Of a stretch of 64,000 nt of DNA, positions 26,044-36,298 are shown piece by piece. The stretch is taken from IMG/VR virus record IMGVR_UViG_3300036715_003254, positions 1 through 64,000 of that record; one strand, 5' to 3'. Position numbers and translations under genes: made by a program. This stretch comes from a virus. Under the pieces are notes generated by a model. The model saw nothing but the letters and a program-made list of their open reading frames with translations. It had not been told where the DNA came from and ran no database searches. Numbering within the stretch: the first letter of the stretch is position 1; the number at the start of each line of letters is the position of its first letter.

Positions 26044-26529
26044 CTAAAGTAAATCTTCACCTATTTTCAAAAACTCTTCAAATTGATAAATGAAATAGTC
26101 TTTATATAGAGAAACTATCTCTAGTTCATAGTAAATTTTCGAGAAGACTATTATAGGACAGTTATTGTATTTTACAATTAGAAGCGGCTGTTTTTTAGCA
26201 TTTTCGGCGTCAGTTTCAGCTTGTTCTAGCCAAGTATCCCATTGTGTGACTTTGCCTTCTATAATAGACTTAAATGATGGAGGAGTTTTATACGCTTTAC
26301 ACTCAATAGTAAATCTAAAGTCTTTAGGAGTGATTATATCTCCAAAGTCTTGGTGTTCTTCTAAATGTGTTTCAGTTCTAAATTGATTTTTTCCGCCGAA
26401 GAACGCACCAGAATTAGCGTTTCTATAAAAAGATTGTTTCTTCCCGTAATAGTCTTCGAAAACTTCTGATAGTCTATTTGCTACTATTCTTTCGAAGCTA
26501 TTACCTTTTTGTTTGCTGTTTATTCCCAC
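26044..26529 (-). CDS. Holliday junction resolvase (Hjc-like PD-(D/E)xK)
   Basis: KGNSFER, SGA, GDI, IECK. Confidence 0.85.
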   Translation of the reverse strand: MGINSKQKGNSFERIVANRLSEVFEDYYGKKQSFYRNANSGAFFGGKNQFRTETHLEEHQDFGDIITPKDFRFTIECKAYKTPPSFKSIIEGKVTQWDTWLEQAETDAENAKKQPLLIVKYNNCPIIVFSKIYYELEIVSLYKDYFIYQFEEFLKIGEDLL

Positions 26530-26573
26530 AAAAATCCTTTCATATTTTTATTTTAACTTATTTTAGTTTAAAA

Positions 26574-27071
26574 TTATAACCAAAACAGATAACCATTAAA
26601 GGAAAGATCTAATGGAATTCCGCTAACAATTCTTACAGCGCCTACTCCGTAATTACTAGAAGAGTCTGTAGACGGAGATCCATAACCGCTTGAACCATTC
26701 CAAGTTCTTACATAAATGCCGTCTCCGCCACCATCTCCGACACCGCCGTAACCAGTTTGGTATGTACCTCCTCCATTTCCAGCAACAAAATATGGAGAAA
26801 TAAAAAATGAAGTCTCTCCAGGAGTATTTGAGTTATTTGCTGTAGTACCGCCTTTTCCTACTTTAACAAGGTATTGTGTTCCTGGAACAACAGGAATATT
26901 TGTTTTCCATCCTATTCCTCCACCAACACCAGAACTTGTGCTAGAACTATAGCCTCCGCCGCCTATACATAGTGTTGTAACTTTTGAAACTCCGACAGGA
27001 CAAGTCCAATAATAAGTACCAGGAACAGTAAACCTATCATTAACTTTTACTGTTGTATCATTATAAAACAT
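26574..27071 (-). CDS. glycine-rich domain protein (tail/fibre-associated type)
   Basis: F-T-x-PGTY-x-WTCPVGV...GGGG...VxPG-x-x-Y-x-V-x-VGKGG. Confidence 0.65.
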   Translation of the reverse strand: MFYNDTTVKVNDRFTVPGTYYWTCPVGVSKVTTLCIGGGGYSSSTSSGVGGGIGWKTNIPVVPGTQYLVKVGKGGTTANNSNTPGETSFFISPYFVAGNGGGTYQTGYGGVGDGGGDGIYVRTWNGSSGYGSPSTDSSSNYGVGAVRIVSGIPLDLSFNGYLFWL

Positions 27072-27898
27072 TATTTTCTCCTAAAAAGGTTTTTAAAAAA
27101 GATTTTGATTTTATCTAAAAGAGTTATTTGTTTCACATCATTCTGTAAATTTGTGTCAATCTCAGACATTACCCACAAATCTAATATATCTCCTGATATA
27201 TCTTCATAAGGTAAACAAATAAAACCATTATTTCCCCACTGAGAACTCCAAGAGTTTTCTATAATTAGATTATCCCCATCATATCCTACTATTACCATAG
27301 TATGACCGCCTTTATCTTCGCCTCTAGGTGTAGATTTAAATGCTTTTACTTGTTCTTCAAATACACTTTGAACACCAGCAGAGAAAAATCTATCGTCAAT
27401 ATTCATTCCTATTATTATAGGTTTCTTTTCACAAATTGCTTGTTTGATTGATTTTAAAGTATTGTCTTTTTGTTCAATAATTCTTTCATATTTCAATACT
27501 CTGTTCTTTTTTGCTTCATCTATAACAGATTGAGGCGGTTGTGTTTCAATATTATTAAGATCGAATTTCCAATGATCTTCTGGACATATTCCGTAAGTAT
27601 AAAGACATTTACATACATCTCTTGTATATGCTCCATTATCTTTACCTTCTAAATTTGAATTTCCATTTCTCAACCAATAATATAAGAATAGTCTAGAGGT
27701 TTGAAAGAAGTTGTTTTGCATTTTTAGATGAATTTCAAAAGCTGAAGTTCCAGCGTGAGCTGTACAACTATGTGTTTGTCTTTGGTCTTCTATTACTTCA
27801 ACATAGTCTTTAAGCGAAAAGGAATTGACTATCTGAGTATTTGAAGAGAAAATATAGTCTCTATCATCTATTAGATCTTTTAGAATTGTTGGTTGCAT
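27071..27898 (-). CDS. papain-like (C1) cysteine peptidase
   Basis: DQxxxxSC, SRLFLYY, GGHTMVIVGY, ENSWSSQWG. Confidence 0.9.
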   Translation of the reverse strand: MQPTILKDLIDDRDYIFSSNTQIVNSFSLKDYVEVIEDQRQTHSCTAHAGTSAFEIHLKMQNNFFQTSRLFLYYWLRNGNSNLEGKDNGAYTRDVCKCLYTYGICPEDHWKFDLNNIETQPPQSVIDEAKKNRVLKYERIIEQKDNTLKSIKQAICEKKPIIIGMNIDDRFFSAGVQSVFEEQVKAFKSTPRGEDKGGHTMVIVGYDGDNLIIENSWSSQWGNNGFICLPYEDISGDILDLWVMSEIDTNLQNDVKQITLLDKIKIFFKNLFRRK

Positions 27899-27996
27899 AC
27901 TTCTATTCCTAATGATATGATAGAATTATTTATTTAAAGCGGATTGTTTGAAAGAAAGTTTTTAACAAAACAACTTCAAAGAGAAGATATTTAATT

Positions 27997-28026
27997 AAAA
28001 ACTTAGAGTCCAAAGAGGACTCTAAG
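27997..28026 (-). terminator. intrinsic terminator after the major capsid gene
   Basis: CTTAGAGTCC/GGACTCTAAG stem followed by a U-run on the minus strand. Confidence 0.75.
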
Positions 28027-28037
28027 AATGAAGGCTA

Positions 28038-29375
28038 TTAAGCACCTAGTACAGTACTTGTTAGAGAAACACCGAATGTTCTAGCGTAATTTTCTGGGTT
28101 AAGAGGGTTTTTGCTTAGAGCATACCTAGAAGCAGCGATTAGAGCTGGTTGACCAGATTCAGGATTTACAGTTTTGATAAAGCTTACTGGGACATATGGG
28201 CTGTAGAAACACATATTGTCAGCAGCAGTAGCACCTTTGTAAAGTGTAGTTACATAATCAGCTTCAGCAAAGTTGTCAACTATAACATTGTATTTACCGT
28301 CAAATGTACCAACTTGAGAAGCAAGTGATAGACCATCAACATTGTTAGGAACTGGAGAAAGAATGAAACCACCGAGAGCAGAAAGCATAATAGAAACTTT
28401 TGGAGATACTACAAGAGTATTACCAGCGCCTCTTCTTGTCAATCTACCGATTTCTCTAGATTCAGCATCAATTTTAAGAGCTAGGCTTCTGTATTTTTCT
28501 ATTTCCCATCTACCATCATAAGAGTGAACAGTAGCGTCAGAAACAACAGTAGCTGTATTGTTTACATAAGTAACAATTTCCCTATCAAGTTCAGCTTGAA
28601 GTTCATAAGAGATAAGGTTCATCAATTCGTTTTCAGCATTTAGACCGTGAACTGCTTGAAGGTCTTGGAACATTTCAACAGTGTATTTTGCTTTTAGTTT
28701 TCTGGTTGTTGTTTCTACCATTTGTCTAGCTATTGTAATACCTAGTTCTTTCATATCAGTGCCAAGTTGTTCACCTACGGCTGTAGAAACAGGACCAGTA
28801 TAGTTTTTAAGCACTCTTGTAAATGTAGCTTCGTTTGAGAAAACAGCAGTTACAGTAGTTTCAGCAGCAGAGAAAGGATTAGCATTGTCAACCGCATCAC
28901 CAGCAGCAAATACGCCAGAAACATTTTTAACAAGTAGTTTGCTTCCTTCTATGTAGATAACTTTACCAGCTTTTTTATCAGAAGTTGATATATCACCGCC
29001 TACTGTAAATTTAGTAGATGCATCAGCAAGATCAGTTACAAGGATTTGTGCGTTTGCTACAGGAACAATTGAGTTATCGCTTGTGCCAGTATATCTAGTT
29101 GTAAGAGCATAGATATAACCTGTTGGTCCAGGAAGTGGAGCAACACCAGTAAGAGCGTTAGCGATTAGATTTGGGTGAGTTCTTCTTACAAGAGGAAGAA
29201 GTATATTTGTGAAAGTTTGAATATCGCCAGATACTGTACCTTCGCTTATAAGTTTTTGAGCTTCTTTAGCTGTGTTTTCAAGAAGCGTCGCCATAACTGA
29301 TTTTTCAGATTCTCTTAGAGCAGCAAATTTTTTGCTTTCTAGAGCATCACTGTATTTTTCTACAAGATTTTCCAT
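28038..29375 (-). CDS. gp23: major capsid protein (T4 gp23-like)
   Basis: LLEN, LVRR..PNLIA, GPTG, RKLKA-x-YT-x-E-x-x-QDL-x-AVHG, FYSPYVP, SRY. Confidence 0.96.
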   Translation of the reverse strand: MENLVEKYSDALESKKFAALRESEKSVMATLLENTAKEAQKLISEGTVSGDIQTFTNILLPLVRRTHPNLIANALTGVAPLPGPTGYIYALTTRYTGTSDNSIVPVANAQILVTDLADASTKFTVGGDISTSDKKAGKVIYIEGSKLLVKNVSGVFAAGDAVDNANPFSAAETTVTAVFSNEATFTRVLKNYTGPVSTAVGEQLGTDMKELGITIARQMVETTTRKLKAKYTVEMFQDLQAVHGLNAENELMNLISYELQAELDREIVTYVNNTATVVSDATVHSYDGRWEIEKYRSLALKIDAESREIGRLTRRGAGNTLVVSPKVSIMLSALGGFILSPVPNNVDGLSLASQVGTFDGKYNVIVDNFAEADYVTTLYKGATAADNMCFYSPYVPVSFIKTVNPESGQPALIAASRYALSKNPLNPENYARTFGVSLTSTVLGA

Positions 29376-29401
29376 TTTAGATTTTACTCCTTTAATTTTT
29401 A

Positions 29402-30172
29402 TTACCAGTGTTTTTTAGCAATATCAATAACTGATACAGCTTTTTTTGTTTCTTCTTTTACAGACTCAGAAACAACTTTTTCCTCTTCTTTAGCTTCTGA
29501 ACTAGTAAATTCAAGAGCTTCTTTAATAGATTTTAGTTGTTCCATAAATTTTTCTACAGATTCTACATCAGTAGATTTCAATTCCACAACTTTTGCAAGT
29601 TTTGCGAAATTTTCGGCTTGAGGTAGAGTTAGACCTTCAGATAGTTCTTTTATAAGTCCTATCTTAGACAGTTCTATATATTTAGCTTTTAGAGCTTGAT
29701 GTTCTTCAAATAGTTTATCAAAAGACTCTTTCAACTCTTCAGCTTCTTTATCTTTTTTACCTTTACCTTCTTTTTCTTCTTCAGTTTCACCGTCTTCTTT
29801 ATCTTCTTCGTCTTCTTTATCACAAGCTTTCGCTTCGGCAATAGTGATTCCGAATTCGCCAGCGAGCGCCTTTACTGATTCGAAAAGAGCTGCTTTTCTC
29901 AATTCAACAACTTCTTCTGCGGATTCAATAAGGAATTTTTCACTTAGTTCTTGTGTAAGATAGTCAAAATAGTTTTCAACTTTTTCAGAAAGAGAAGTTT
30001 TAAATTCTTCCTTTTCAGCTTCCATAGATTCGACAAGCGCTTCTTTTTCTTTTTCAAGACTTTCAGCTACTCTTTGTTCTACTTCTGCGGAAAGAATTAC
30101 TTCTACTTTTTCTTTAAGTTCGTCGGTAAAAACTTCAGAGTCAATAGATTCAAAAATTGGTTTTAAATTCAT
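29402..30172 (-). CDS. gp22: prohead core scaffold protein (gp22-like)
   Basis: Acidic coiled coil between gp21 and gp23. Confidence 0.8.
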   Translation of the reverse strand: MNLKPIFESIDSEVFTDELKEKVEVILSAEVEQRVAESLEKEKEALVESMEAEKEEFKTSLSEKVENYFDYLTQELSEKFLIESAEEVVELRKAALFESVKALAGEFGITIAEAKACDKEDEEDKEDGETEEEKEGKGKKDKEAEELKESFDKLFEEHQALKAKYIELSKIGLIKELSEGLTLPQAENFAKLAKVVELKSTDVESVEKFMEQLKSIKEALEFTSSEAKEEEKVVSESVKEETKKAVSVIDIAKKHW

Positions 30173-30275
30173 ATTCTTCTCCGAGTTAGTTTTTCTTTCC
30201 GTAAGGATTTAACACCTTTACAAGTATATTTATTTGTGAAGAAAACGGAGATTTTTATCTCCGTTTTAAGAGGGA

Positions 30276-30965
30276 TTACTTTAAGAGGTTTTTAAATTGG
30301 TTGAGGATATAAGTTTCTACTAGTTTTCTATCGTAGTCTTTTAGTTTTTTTATTTGAGTAAGTTTACTTTCTATTATAGCTTCTTCTTTTACTTCTTCTA
30401 TTAGACCTGTAGATTCATTAATAGTATAAGTCTTATCAGTGTAGATACCTTCTACAAAGCATTCGTATACTCTGTTTAGGTTCACATTGTAGTCTGAAGG
30501 GAGAGATACTATGTCAAAATTGATCAATTTATAATTAGTTATAACACCATCATTACCAACATTACCTACTCCTCTAGAAGAAACACCTATTCTGATACCT
30601 TCATCGATTAAGTTTTTTATAATATTAGCTTTTGGATTATCTAAAAATTTGGACTTACCTATTACATATTTTCCTTCTATGTCCAATTTGGTTATCTTTG
30701 CAACCGCTTCTAGTGGATCTACTGTAGTTCTAGGCGGATGTTCCATTTCCATTAGTGTGTTTACAGTAGAATTTTTTAACTCCTCTTGATACTGAGCAAC
30801 ATTAGACTCCCAAATATGTCTAGGGTAAATTCTTTTGTTTCTGTTCCTTTCTCCTATTGTAGAAAAAACACCTTCTATAAAGATATTTTTTTTACCTTCT
30901 GAAGCTTCTACAAGAAAATCTACTTGTGTTTCTTCTGCTTCAACCATTAGTTTTAAGTTTTTCAT
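30276..30965 (-). CDS. gp21: prohead protease (gp21-like)
   Basis: IEGVF, NRNKRIYP, EHP, GVSSRGVG. Confidence 0.93.
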   Translation of the reverse strand: MKNLKLMVEAEETQVDFLVEASEGKKNIFIEGVFSTIGERNRNKRIYPRHIWESNVAQYQEELKNSTVNTLMEMEHPPRTTVDPLEAVAKITKLDIEGKYVIGKSKFLDNPKANIIKNLIDEGIRIGVSSRGVGNVGNDGVITNYKLINFDIVSLPSDYNVNLNRVYECFVEGIYTDKTYTINESTGLIEEVKEEAIIESKLTQIKKLKDYDRKLVETYILNQFKNLLK

Positions 30966-30967
30966 GT

Positions 30968-31153
30968 TTATTCTCCTTTTTTCTCCACAGATGCAGGTTT
31001 AGAGTTTTTTATTACTTCTCTGTATTTTCTAATTTCAGAAATTCTTTGAGAGACATCTTCTCTAGAAGTTATTCTATTTCTTATTTCTTCTTTTGCCGTA
31101 GAAAGAAAATCCGAAAATTTTCCGTTAGCACAAAGATCTACTATATTTTTCAT
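30968..31153 (-). CDS. small prohead core protein (gp67/68-like position)
   Basis: Synteny between portal and protease genes. Confidence 0.55.
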   Translation of the reverse strand: MKNIVDLCANGKFSDFLSTAKEEIRNRITSREDVSQRISEIRKYREVIKNSKPASVEKKGE

Positions 31154-31171
31154 TACTTCTCCTTTATTCGC

Positions 31172-32758
31172 TTAGTATTCTTCATCGTTTTCTTCTTCAT
31201 CAGAACTTCCACCGCTGTTTTCAGCTTCTCTTTTTTTCCTTTCAGCAGCTTCTTGATCGATTTCAGTTCTCATCTGCCTAATTTCTTCGTCTGTCATCTT
31301 AAGAATATTTTTATTTACCCATAGTTCGCTAAATTTTTTACCTATAAGAGGCTCTACAGTACTATAAGTATCAATTTTCTCTTTAAATGATTCGGTTTCT
31401 AGTTTATCAAGGAAAGAATTTTCTTTTGAATATATTAGTTTGAATTGACCTTTGAATTTTTCAAACTCACTTTCTTTCATTTTACCTTGAGAAACTAATT
31501 GTCTTTTCATAAGTTCAATGAAAAGTTTATTGAATTGTCTTCTTAGTCTACTAATATATGAGAAGAATTTTATTTCATCTCTAGATACAGTCATTGAACC
31601 AAAATCATAATCGGCGGATGTATCGACATTCATTCTAGAGAGAGGAACTTTCATCGCTAGATAAAGTTTTTCTCTTATGTATTTGATGTCATTCATCTCG
31701 CCAAGATTTCCAGTTTCATCTAGAGTTTGTACATCTAGACCTTTATTACCGTCTCTTGACATAACCCAATAGTCTTCTACTATCGCATTGACGGCAGAAG
31801 TATTTGTTATACTTCCTGTTGACGGATCGTATACCTTTTTATATCTGAATTTATTTTGCATCTCAAGCGCCGCTTGCTGGGCTTTCGCCGCAGGCAGACC
31901 AGATATATCCATATTAAACACTCTTCTTGATACAGAGTGTGAAAATCTCATTGGAACTAACATATCTTCCAGAGACTCAAGCATATTAGCTACTTTTATC
32001 GCATTATGTAGATTTGAACGAATAACTCCTTGATCAAAAAGTCCTGAATCTAGTCTTATAACTTCTTCTGGAAGAAATGTTATTTCATTTAAGTCTTGTT
32101 GATTAAATATAAAGAACTTATTTTCTCTAATTTGAAAATACTTCCATTTATTGTCATTCTTATCAAAATAAAGGTAATAAGGTGATAGTATATTAAGAGA
32201 TTTAATTCCTCTATTCAAATTTTTATGATATTCAACTTGAATATTTAGTTGACCATCTATAAACCAAGATTGAACCATAGTATAAGAATTTTCTTCAAAA
32301 TTCAAAAGTCTCAAAACTGATTTTAAGGCTTCCGCAAATGCTTCTTTTATAGAATCTGAAACTTCAGCACTATCATCAAATTGTACTTGTATCGGATCGT
32401 CTTTCGCTGCTGTGAAAAGAAACTCATTAATTATTTCATCTATTCCAGCTTGTACATCAGAATATGATGATACTTTTCTATAAGTAGTGATAAGATTAGC
32501 TTGTTTTTCAAGAAGCTGTTCTAGTGCACTTTTATCTGAGAAAGCCGAAGTAGTAGAAGAAGGTAAACCATCAAACCAAAAAACTGTATTTGAATAGTTT
32601 TCTTCTCCGTGTGTAAGATACCTGTCTACAGTTTGTTGTTGTATGATTGGCATCATTTCCGGTCGTTTTTGTTTGAAAAAACCTGTTTTAAGGCTTTCGT
32701 TTAATGATTCAAAAAATCCCATAGATACTCCAAAATATTTTCCTAGAATATTTATCAC
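31172..32758 (-). CDS. gp20: portal protein (gp20-like)
   Basis: YR, IDEIINE, WFIDG, LED, RRVF, EDYW, KLY-x-AMKVPLSR, RDEIKF; the true start may be the later MGFFES. Confidence 0.95.
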   Translation of the reverse strand: MINILGKYFGVSMGFFESLNESLKTGFFKQKRPEMMPIIQQQTVDRYLTHGEENYSNTVFWFDGLPSSTTSAFSDKSALEQLLEKQANLITTYRKVSSYSDVQAGIDEIINEFLFTAAKDDPIQVQFDDSAEVSDSIKEAFAEALKSVLRLLNFEENSYTMVQSWFIDGQLNIQVEYHKNLNRGIKSLNILSPYYLYFDKNDNKWKYFQIRENKFFIFNQQDLNEITFLPEEVIRLDSGLFDQGVIRSNLHNAIKVANMLESLEDMLVPMRFSHSVSRRVFNMDISGLPAAKAQQAALEMQNKFRYKKVYDPSTGSITNTSAVNAIVEDYWVMSRDGNKGLDVQTLDETGNLGEMNDIKYIREKLYLAMKVPLSRMNVDTSADYDFGSMTVSRDEIKFFSYISRLRRQFNKLFIELMKRQLVSQGKMKESEFEKFKGQFKLIYSKENSFLDKLETESFKEKIDTYSTVEPLIGKKFSELWVNKNILKMTDEEIRQMRTEIDQEAAERKKREAENSGGSSDEEENDEEY

Positions 32759-32852
32759 CTTATTATTCAGGTCCGGAGTTTCACTAAAGAGTCAAAATAA
32801 ATATATCACAAATTTAATATTGTATCAATAAGTTTTCAGATTTTTAAAGTGT

Positions 32853-32860
32853 TATAAATA
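32853..32860 (+). promoter_or_regulatory. T4-type late promoter TATAAATA
   Basis: Exact consensus upstream of the + strand tail-fibre operon; a gp55 gene is present. Confidence 0.7.
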
Positions 32861-32883
32861 TCTCGAAAACTAAGGGGGATAAA

Positions 32884-33177
32884 ATGGCCGGAATAAAATT
32901 TGGTAGTGTAACGCCAGATGCTAACACAGATACAGTTTTGTGTAAAGTGCCTGTAGGTAAAACTGCTACTATGACTATAAATGCTTGTAATACGACTTCT
33001 GATTCAGCTACTGTAAGTATAACAATAGGCGGAGACGCAATAGAATACAAAACAACTATAGCTGCTAATGATGTGCTAGAAAGAACTGATATGATAGTAG
33101 TTTCTGGAGAGAGTGTTGTAGTAAATACTTCTACTGCTGGAGTTACATTTAGAGCTTATGGTATTTGGGGCGTATAA
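32884..33177 (+). CDS. small beta-rich virion/tail-fibre-associated protein
   Basis: GGGGA RBS; precedes the tail fibre gene. Confidence 0.7.
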   Translation: MAGIKFGSVTPDANTDTVLCKVPVGKTATMTINACNTTSDSATVSITIGGDAIEYKTTIAANDVLERTDMIVVSGESVVVNTSTAGVTFRAYGIWGV

Positions 33178-33179
33178 AA

Positions 33180-36100
33180 ATGGGAAGAATTACATCTACA
33201 GACCAATTAGCTACCAAAGATTATGTTTCTAGCGCCATTTCTGATACTAAGAAATGGGTAAGTGATAATTATAGTAATGACCACGTCCAAGTAAATCCTG
33301 ACTGGACAGCTACTAGTGGTGCTGCTCAAATACTAAACAAGCCTACTACTATTGCTGGATATGGTATTACTGATGCTTACACTAAAACTGATGTTGATAA
33401 TAAAGACTCTAGTACTCTTTCATCAGCTAAATCTTATACAGATACAGCAATAGCTAATCTAGTTAATTCAGCTCCATCTACACTAGATACTTTGAAAGAA
33501 ATAGCTGATCAACTATCACACGATGAATCAACTGTTTCAGCTTTAACTAATGTGGTAGGTACTAAAGCTCCTATTGATTCGCCTTCATTCACAGGAACTC
33601 CTGTAGCTCCAACAGCTGATGCTACTACTAATACAGACCAAATAGCTACTACAAAATTTGTTACAGGAGCTATTTCAGATACAAAAACTTGGATAAGTAA
33701 ACAGCCTTTCTATAACGCTTTACCACAAGTAAGTTCTGATTGGACAGCAACAAGCGGAGTAGCCCAAATACTCAATAAACCTACTACAGTAGCTGGTTAT
33801 GGTATCACAGACTCTTACACAAAATCTGATGTTGATACTGCGCTAAAAAGTAAAGCTCCAATTGACTCTCCTACATTTACAGGAACACCGATAGCACCAA
33901 CTCCAGATGCTAGTACTAATACAGATCAATTAGCTACTACAAAATTTGTATCTGGAGCTATATCAGATACTAAAACTTGGATTAGCAAACAACCTTTCTA
34001 TAATGCTTTACCGCAAGTAAGTTCGGATTGGAGTGCTACTAGTGGTGTAGCCCAAATTTTGAATAAACCTACCACTATTGCTGGATATGGTATTACTGAT
34101 GCTTATACAAAAACAGATGTAGATAATAAAGACTCTAGTACACTATCATCAGCTAAATCTTATACAGATACAGCAATAGCTAATCTAGTTGACTCAGCTC
34201 CTTCTACACTAGATACTCTGAAAGAAATAGCTGATCAAATGTCAAAAGACGAGTCTGGTGTTTCCGCTTTAACTAATGTAGTAGGTACTAAAGCTCCATT
34301 AGACTCTCCTGCGTTCACTGGAACTCCAACTGCTCCAACAGCAGATGCTAGTACAAATACAGATCAATTAGCTACTACAAAATTTGTCGCAGGTGCTATT
34401 TCTGATACTAAGAAATGGGTAAATGATAACTATGGTGATGATAAAACTCAAGTAAATTCCGACTGGTCGGCTACTAGTGGTGTAGCTCAAATTCTTAATA
34501 AGCCAACTACTATTGCTGGTTATGGTATTACAGACGCTTATACTAAATCTGATGTAGATACAGCTCTAAGTGCTAAAGCACCTATAGACTCTCCTACATT
34601 CACAGGAACACCAATAGCACCAACAGCAGACGCTAGTACTAATACAGACCAAGTAGCTACTACAAAATTTGTTTCTGGAGCTATTTCAGATACAAAAACT
34701 TGGATTAGTAAACAGCCTTTTGCTGGCGCTCTACCTCAAGTAAGTTCAGATTGGAGTGCTACTAGTGGTGTTGCTCAAATACTAAACAAGCCTACTACTA
34801 TTGCTGGATATGGTATTACTGATGCTTACACTAAAACTGATGTTGATAATAAAGATTCTAGTACTTTATCTTCAGCTAAATCTTATACAGATACAGCTAT
34901 AGCTAATCTAGTAAATTCTGCTCCATCAACGTTAGACACACTAAAAGAAATAGCTGATCAACTTACAAATGATGAATCAGCAGTTTCCGCTCTTACAAAT
35001 GTGGTAGGAACTAAAGCACCATTAGACTCACCTACATTTACAGGCACACCTAAAGCGCCTACACCAACATCTGGAGATAATACTACTCAAATAGCTACTA
35101 CAGAATTCGTTTCTGGCGCAATATCTGATACTAAAAAGTGGGTAAATGATAATTATGGTAATGGAAAATCTCAAGTAAATGCCGACTGGAGCGCTACTAG
35201 TGGTGTAGCTCAAATACTAAATAAACCTACTACAGTAGCAGGATATGGTATTACAGATGTTTATTCAAAGACTGATGTAGATACAGCTCTAAGTGCTAAA
35301 GCTCCAATCAGCTCTCCTACATTTACAGGAACACCAATAGCACCAACAGCCGACTCTAGTACTAATACAGATCAAATAGCTACTACAAAATTTGTAGCTG
35401 GTGCTATATCTGATACTAAGAAATGGGTAAGTGATAATTACAATAATCAACCGCAAGTAAACTCTGATTGGTCTGCTACTAGTGGTGTAGCCCAAATACT
35501 AAATAAACCAACTACTGTAAGTGGTTATGGTATAACAGATGCTTATACTAAAACGGATGTTGATAATAAAGACACTAGTACACTATCTTCAGCTAAATCT
35601 TATACTGACACAGCTATAGCTAATCTAGTTAATTCAGCTCCTTCTACACTAGATACACTAAAAGAAATAGCCGACCAACTATCAAAAGACGAATCAACTG
35701 TTTCAGCTTTAACTAATGTAGTAGGTACTAAAGCTCCTATTGATTCGCCTTCATTTACAGGTACACCAGTAGCACCAACAGCTGATTCTGGAACAAATAC
35801 AACCCAAATAGCTACTACAGCGTTTGTAACAGGTGCTATTAATTCATATATACCGTCTAAATTGGCTACAGGTAGAGTTTTAAAAGTTACTGGAGATATA
35901 TCATTTACTACTCCAACATTTGATGGTTCAAGTGATATTAGTGCTACAGCTACGCTTCCTGATGTAGTTACAGCCGGATCTTATAATTACATCACAGTCA
36001 ATAGTAAAGGTCTAATAACCTCAGGAACTAAATTACCTGCTTACACACAAGAATTAACTGCGGATGATGGACAAACACAAATTACATTGAATGGACCTAA

Positions 36101-36233
36101 AGGTTCTTGTTTCGCAGTATTTAAAAATGGTGTAAGAATTCCTTCTACTGCTTGGTCTGTAGATGGAACTACTTTGACCTTTAATGATTCACTATCTAAA
36201 GGCGACACTATAATAATAGATAGTTCTAATTAG
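33180..36233 (+). CDS. long tail fibre with tandem modular repeats
   Basis: Repeated KPTTIAGYGITD, APSTLDTLKEIA and SPTFTGTPxAPT fibre motifs; ATG at 33180 preferred over TTG at 33165. Confidence 0.88.
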   Translation: MGRITSTDQLATKDYVSSAISDTKKWVSDNYSNDHVQVNPDWTATSGAAQILNKPTTIAGYGITDAYTKTDVDNKDSSTLSSAKSYTDTAIANLVNSAPSTLDTLKEIADQLSHDESTVSALTNVVGTKAPIDSPSFTGTPVAPTADATTNTDQIATTKFVTGAISDTKTWISKQPFYNALPQVSSDWTATSGVAQILNKPTTVAGYGITDSYTKSDVDTALKSKAPIDSPTFTGTPIAPTPDASTNTDQLATTKFVSGAISDTKTWISKQPFYNALPQVSSDWSATSGVAQILNKPTTIAGYGITDAYTKTDVDNKDSSTLSSAKSYTDTAIANLVDSAPSTLDTLKEIADQMSKDESGVSALTNVVGTKAPLDSPAFTGTPTAPTADASTNTDQLATTKFVAGAISDTKKWVNDNYGDDKTQVNSDWSATSGVAQILNKPTTIAGYGITDAYTKSDVDTALSAKAPIDSPTFTGTPIAPTADASTNTDQVATTKFVSGAISDTKTWISKQPFAGALPQVSSDWSATSGVAQILNKPTTIAGYGITDAYTKTDVDNKDSSTLSSAKSYTDTAIANLVNSAPSTLDTLKEIADQLTNDESAVSALTNVVGTKAPLDSPTFTGTPKAPTPTSGDNTTQIATTEFVSGAISDTKKWVNDNYGNGKSQVNADWSATSGVAQILNKPTTVAGYGITDVYSKTDVDTALSAKAPISSPTFTGTPIAPTADSSTNTDQIATTKFVAGAISDTKKWVSDNYNNQPQVNSDWSATSGVAQILNKPTTVSGYGITDAYTKTDVDNKDTSTLSSAKSYTDTAIANLVNSAPSTLDTLKEIADQLSKDESTVSALTNVVGTKAPIDSPSFTGTPVAPTADSGTNTTQIATTAFVTGAINSYIPSKLATGRVLKVTGDISFTTPTFDGSSDISATATLPDVVTAGSYNYITVNSKGLITSGTKLPAYTQELTADDGQTQITLNGPKGSCFAVFKNGVRIPSTAWSVDGTTLTFNDSLSKGDTIIIDSSN
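33280..35840 (+). repeat. seven imperfect fibre repeats alternating long and short
   Basis: Seven QVxxDW units; units 1, 3, 5 and 7 include the SAPSTLDTLKEIA block, units 2, 4 and 6 lack it. Confidence 0.85.
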
Positions 36234-36275
36234 GTCTGATAGTTATTTTACTAAAAAGACTGAAAATAATATAAG

Positions 36276-36298
36276 AGTAGCAGGATCTTCTGCTACTC
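36276..36298 (+). terminator. hairpin downstream of the tail fibre gene
   Basis: GAGTAGCAG/CTGCTACTC stem; weak U-tract. Confidence 0.45.
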
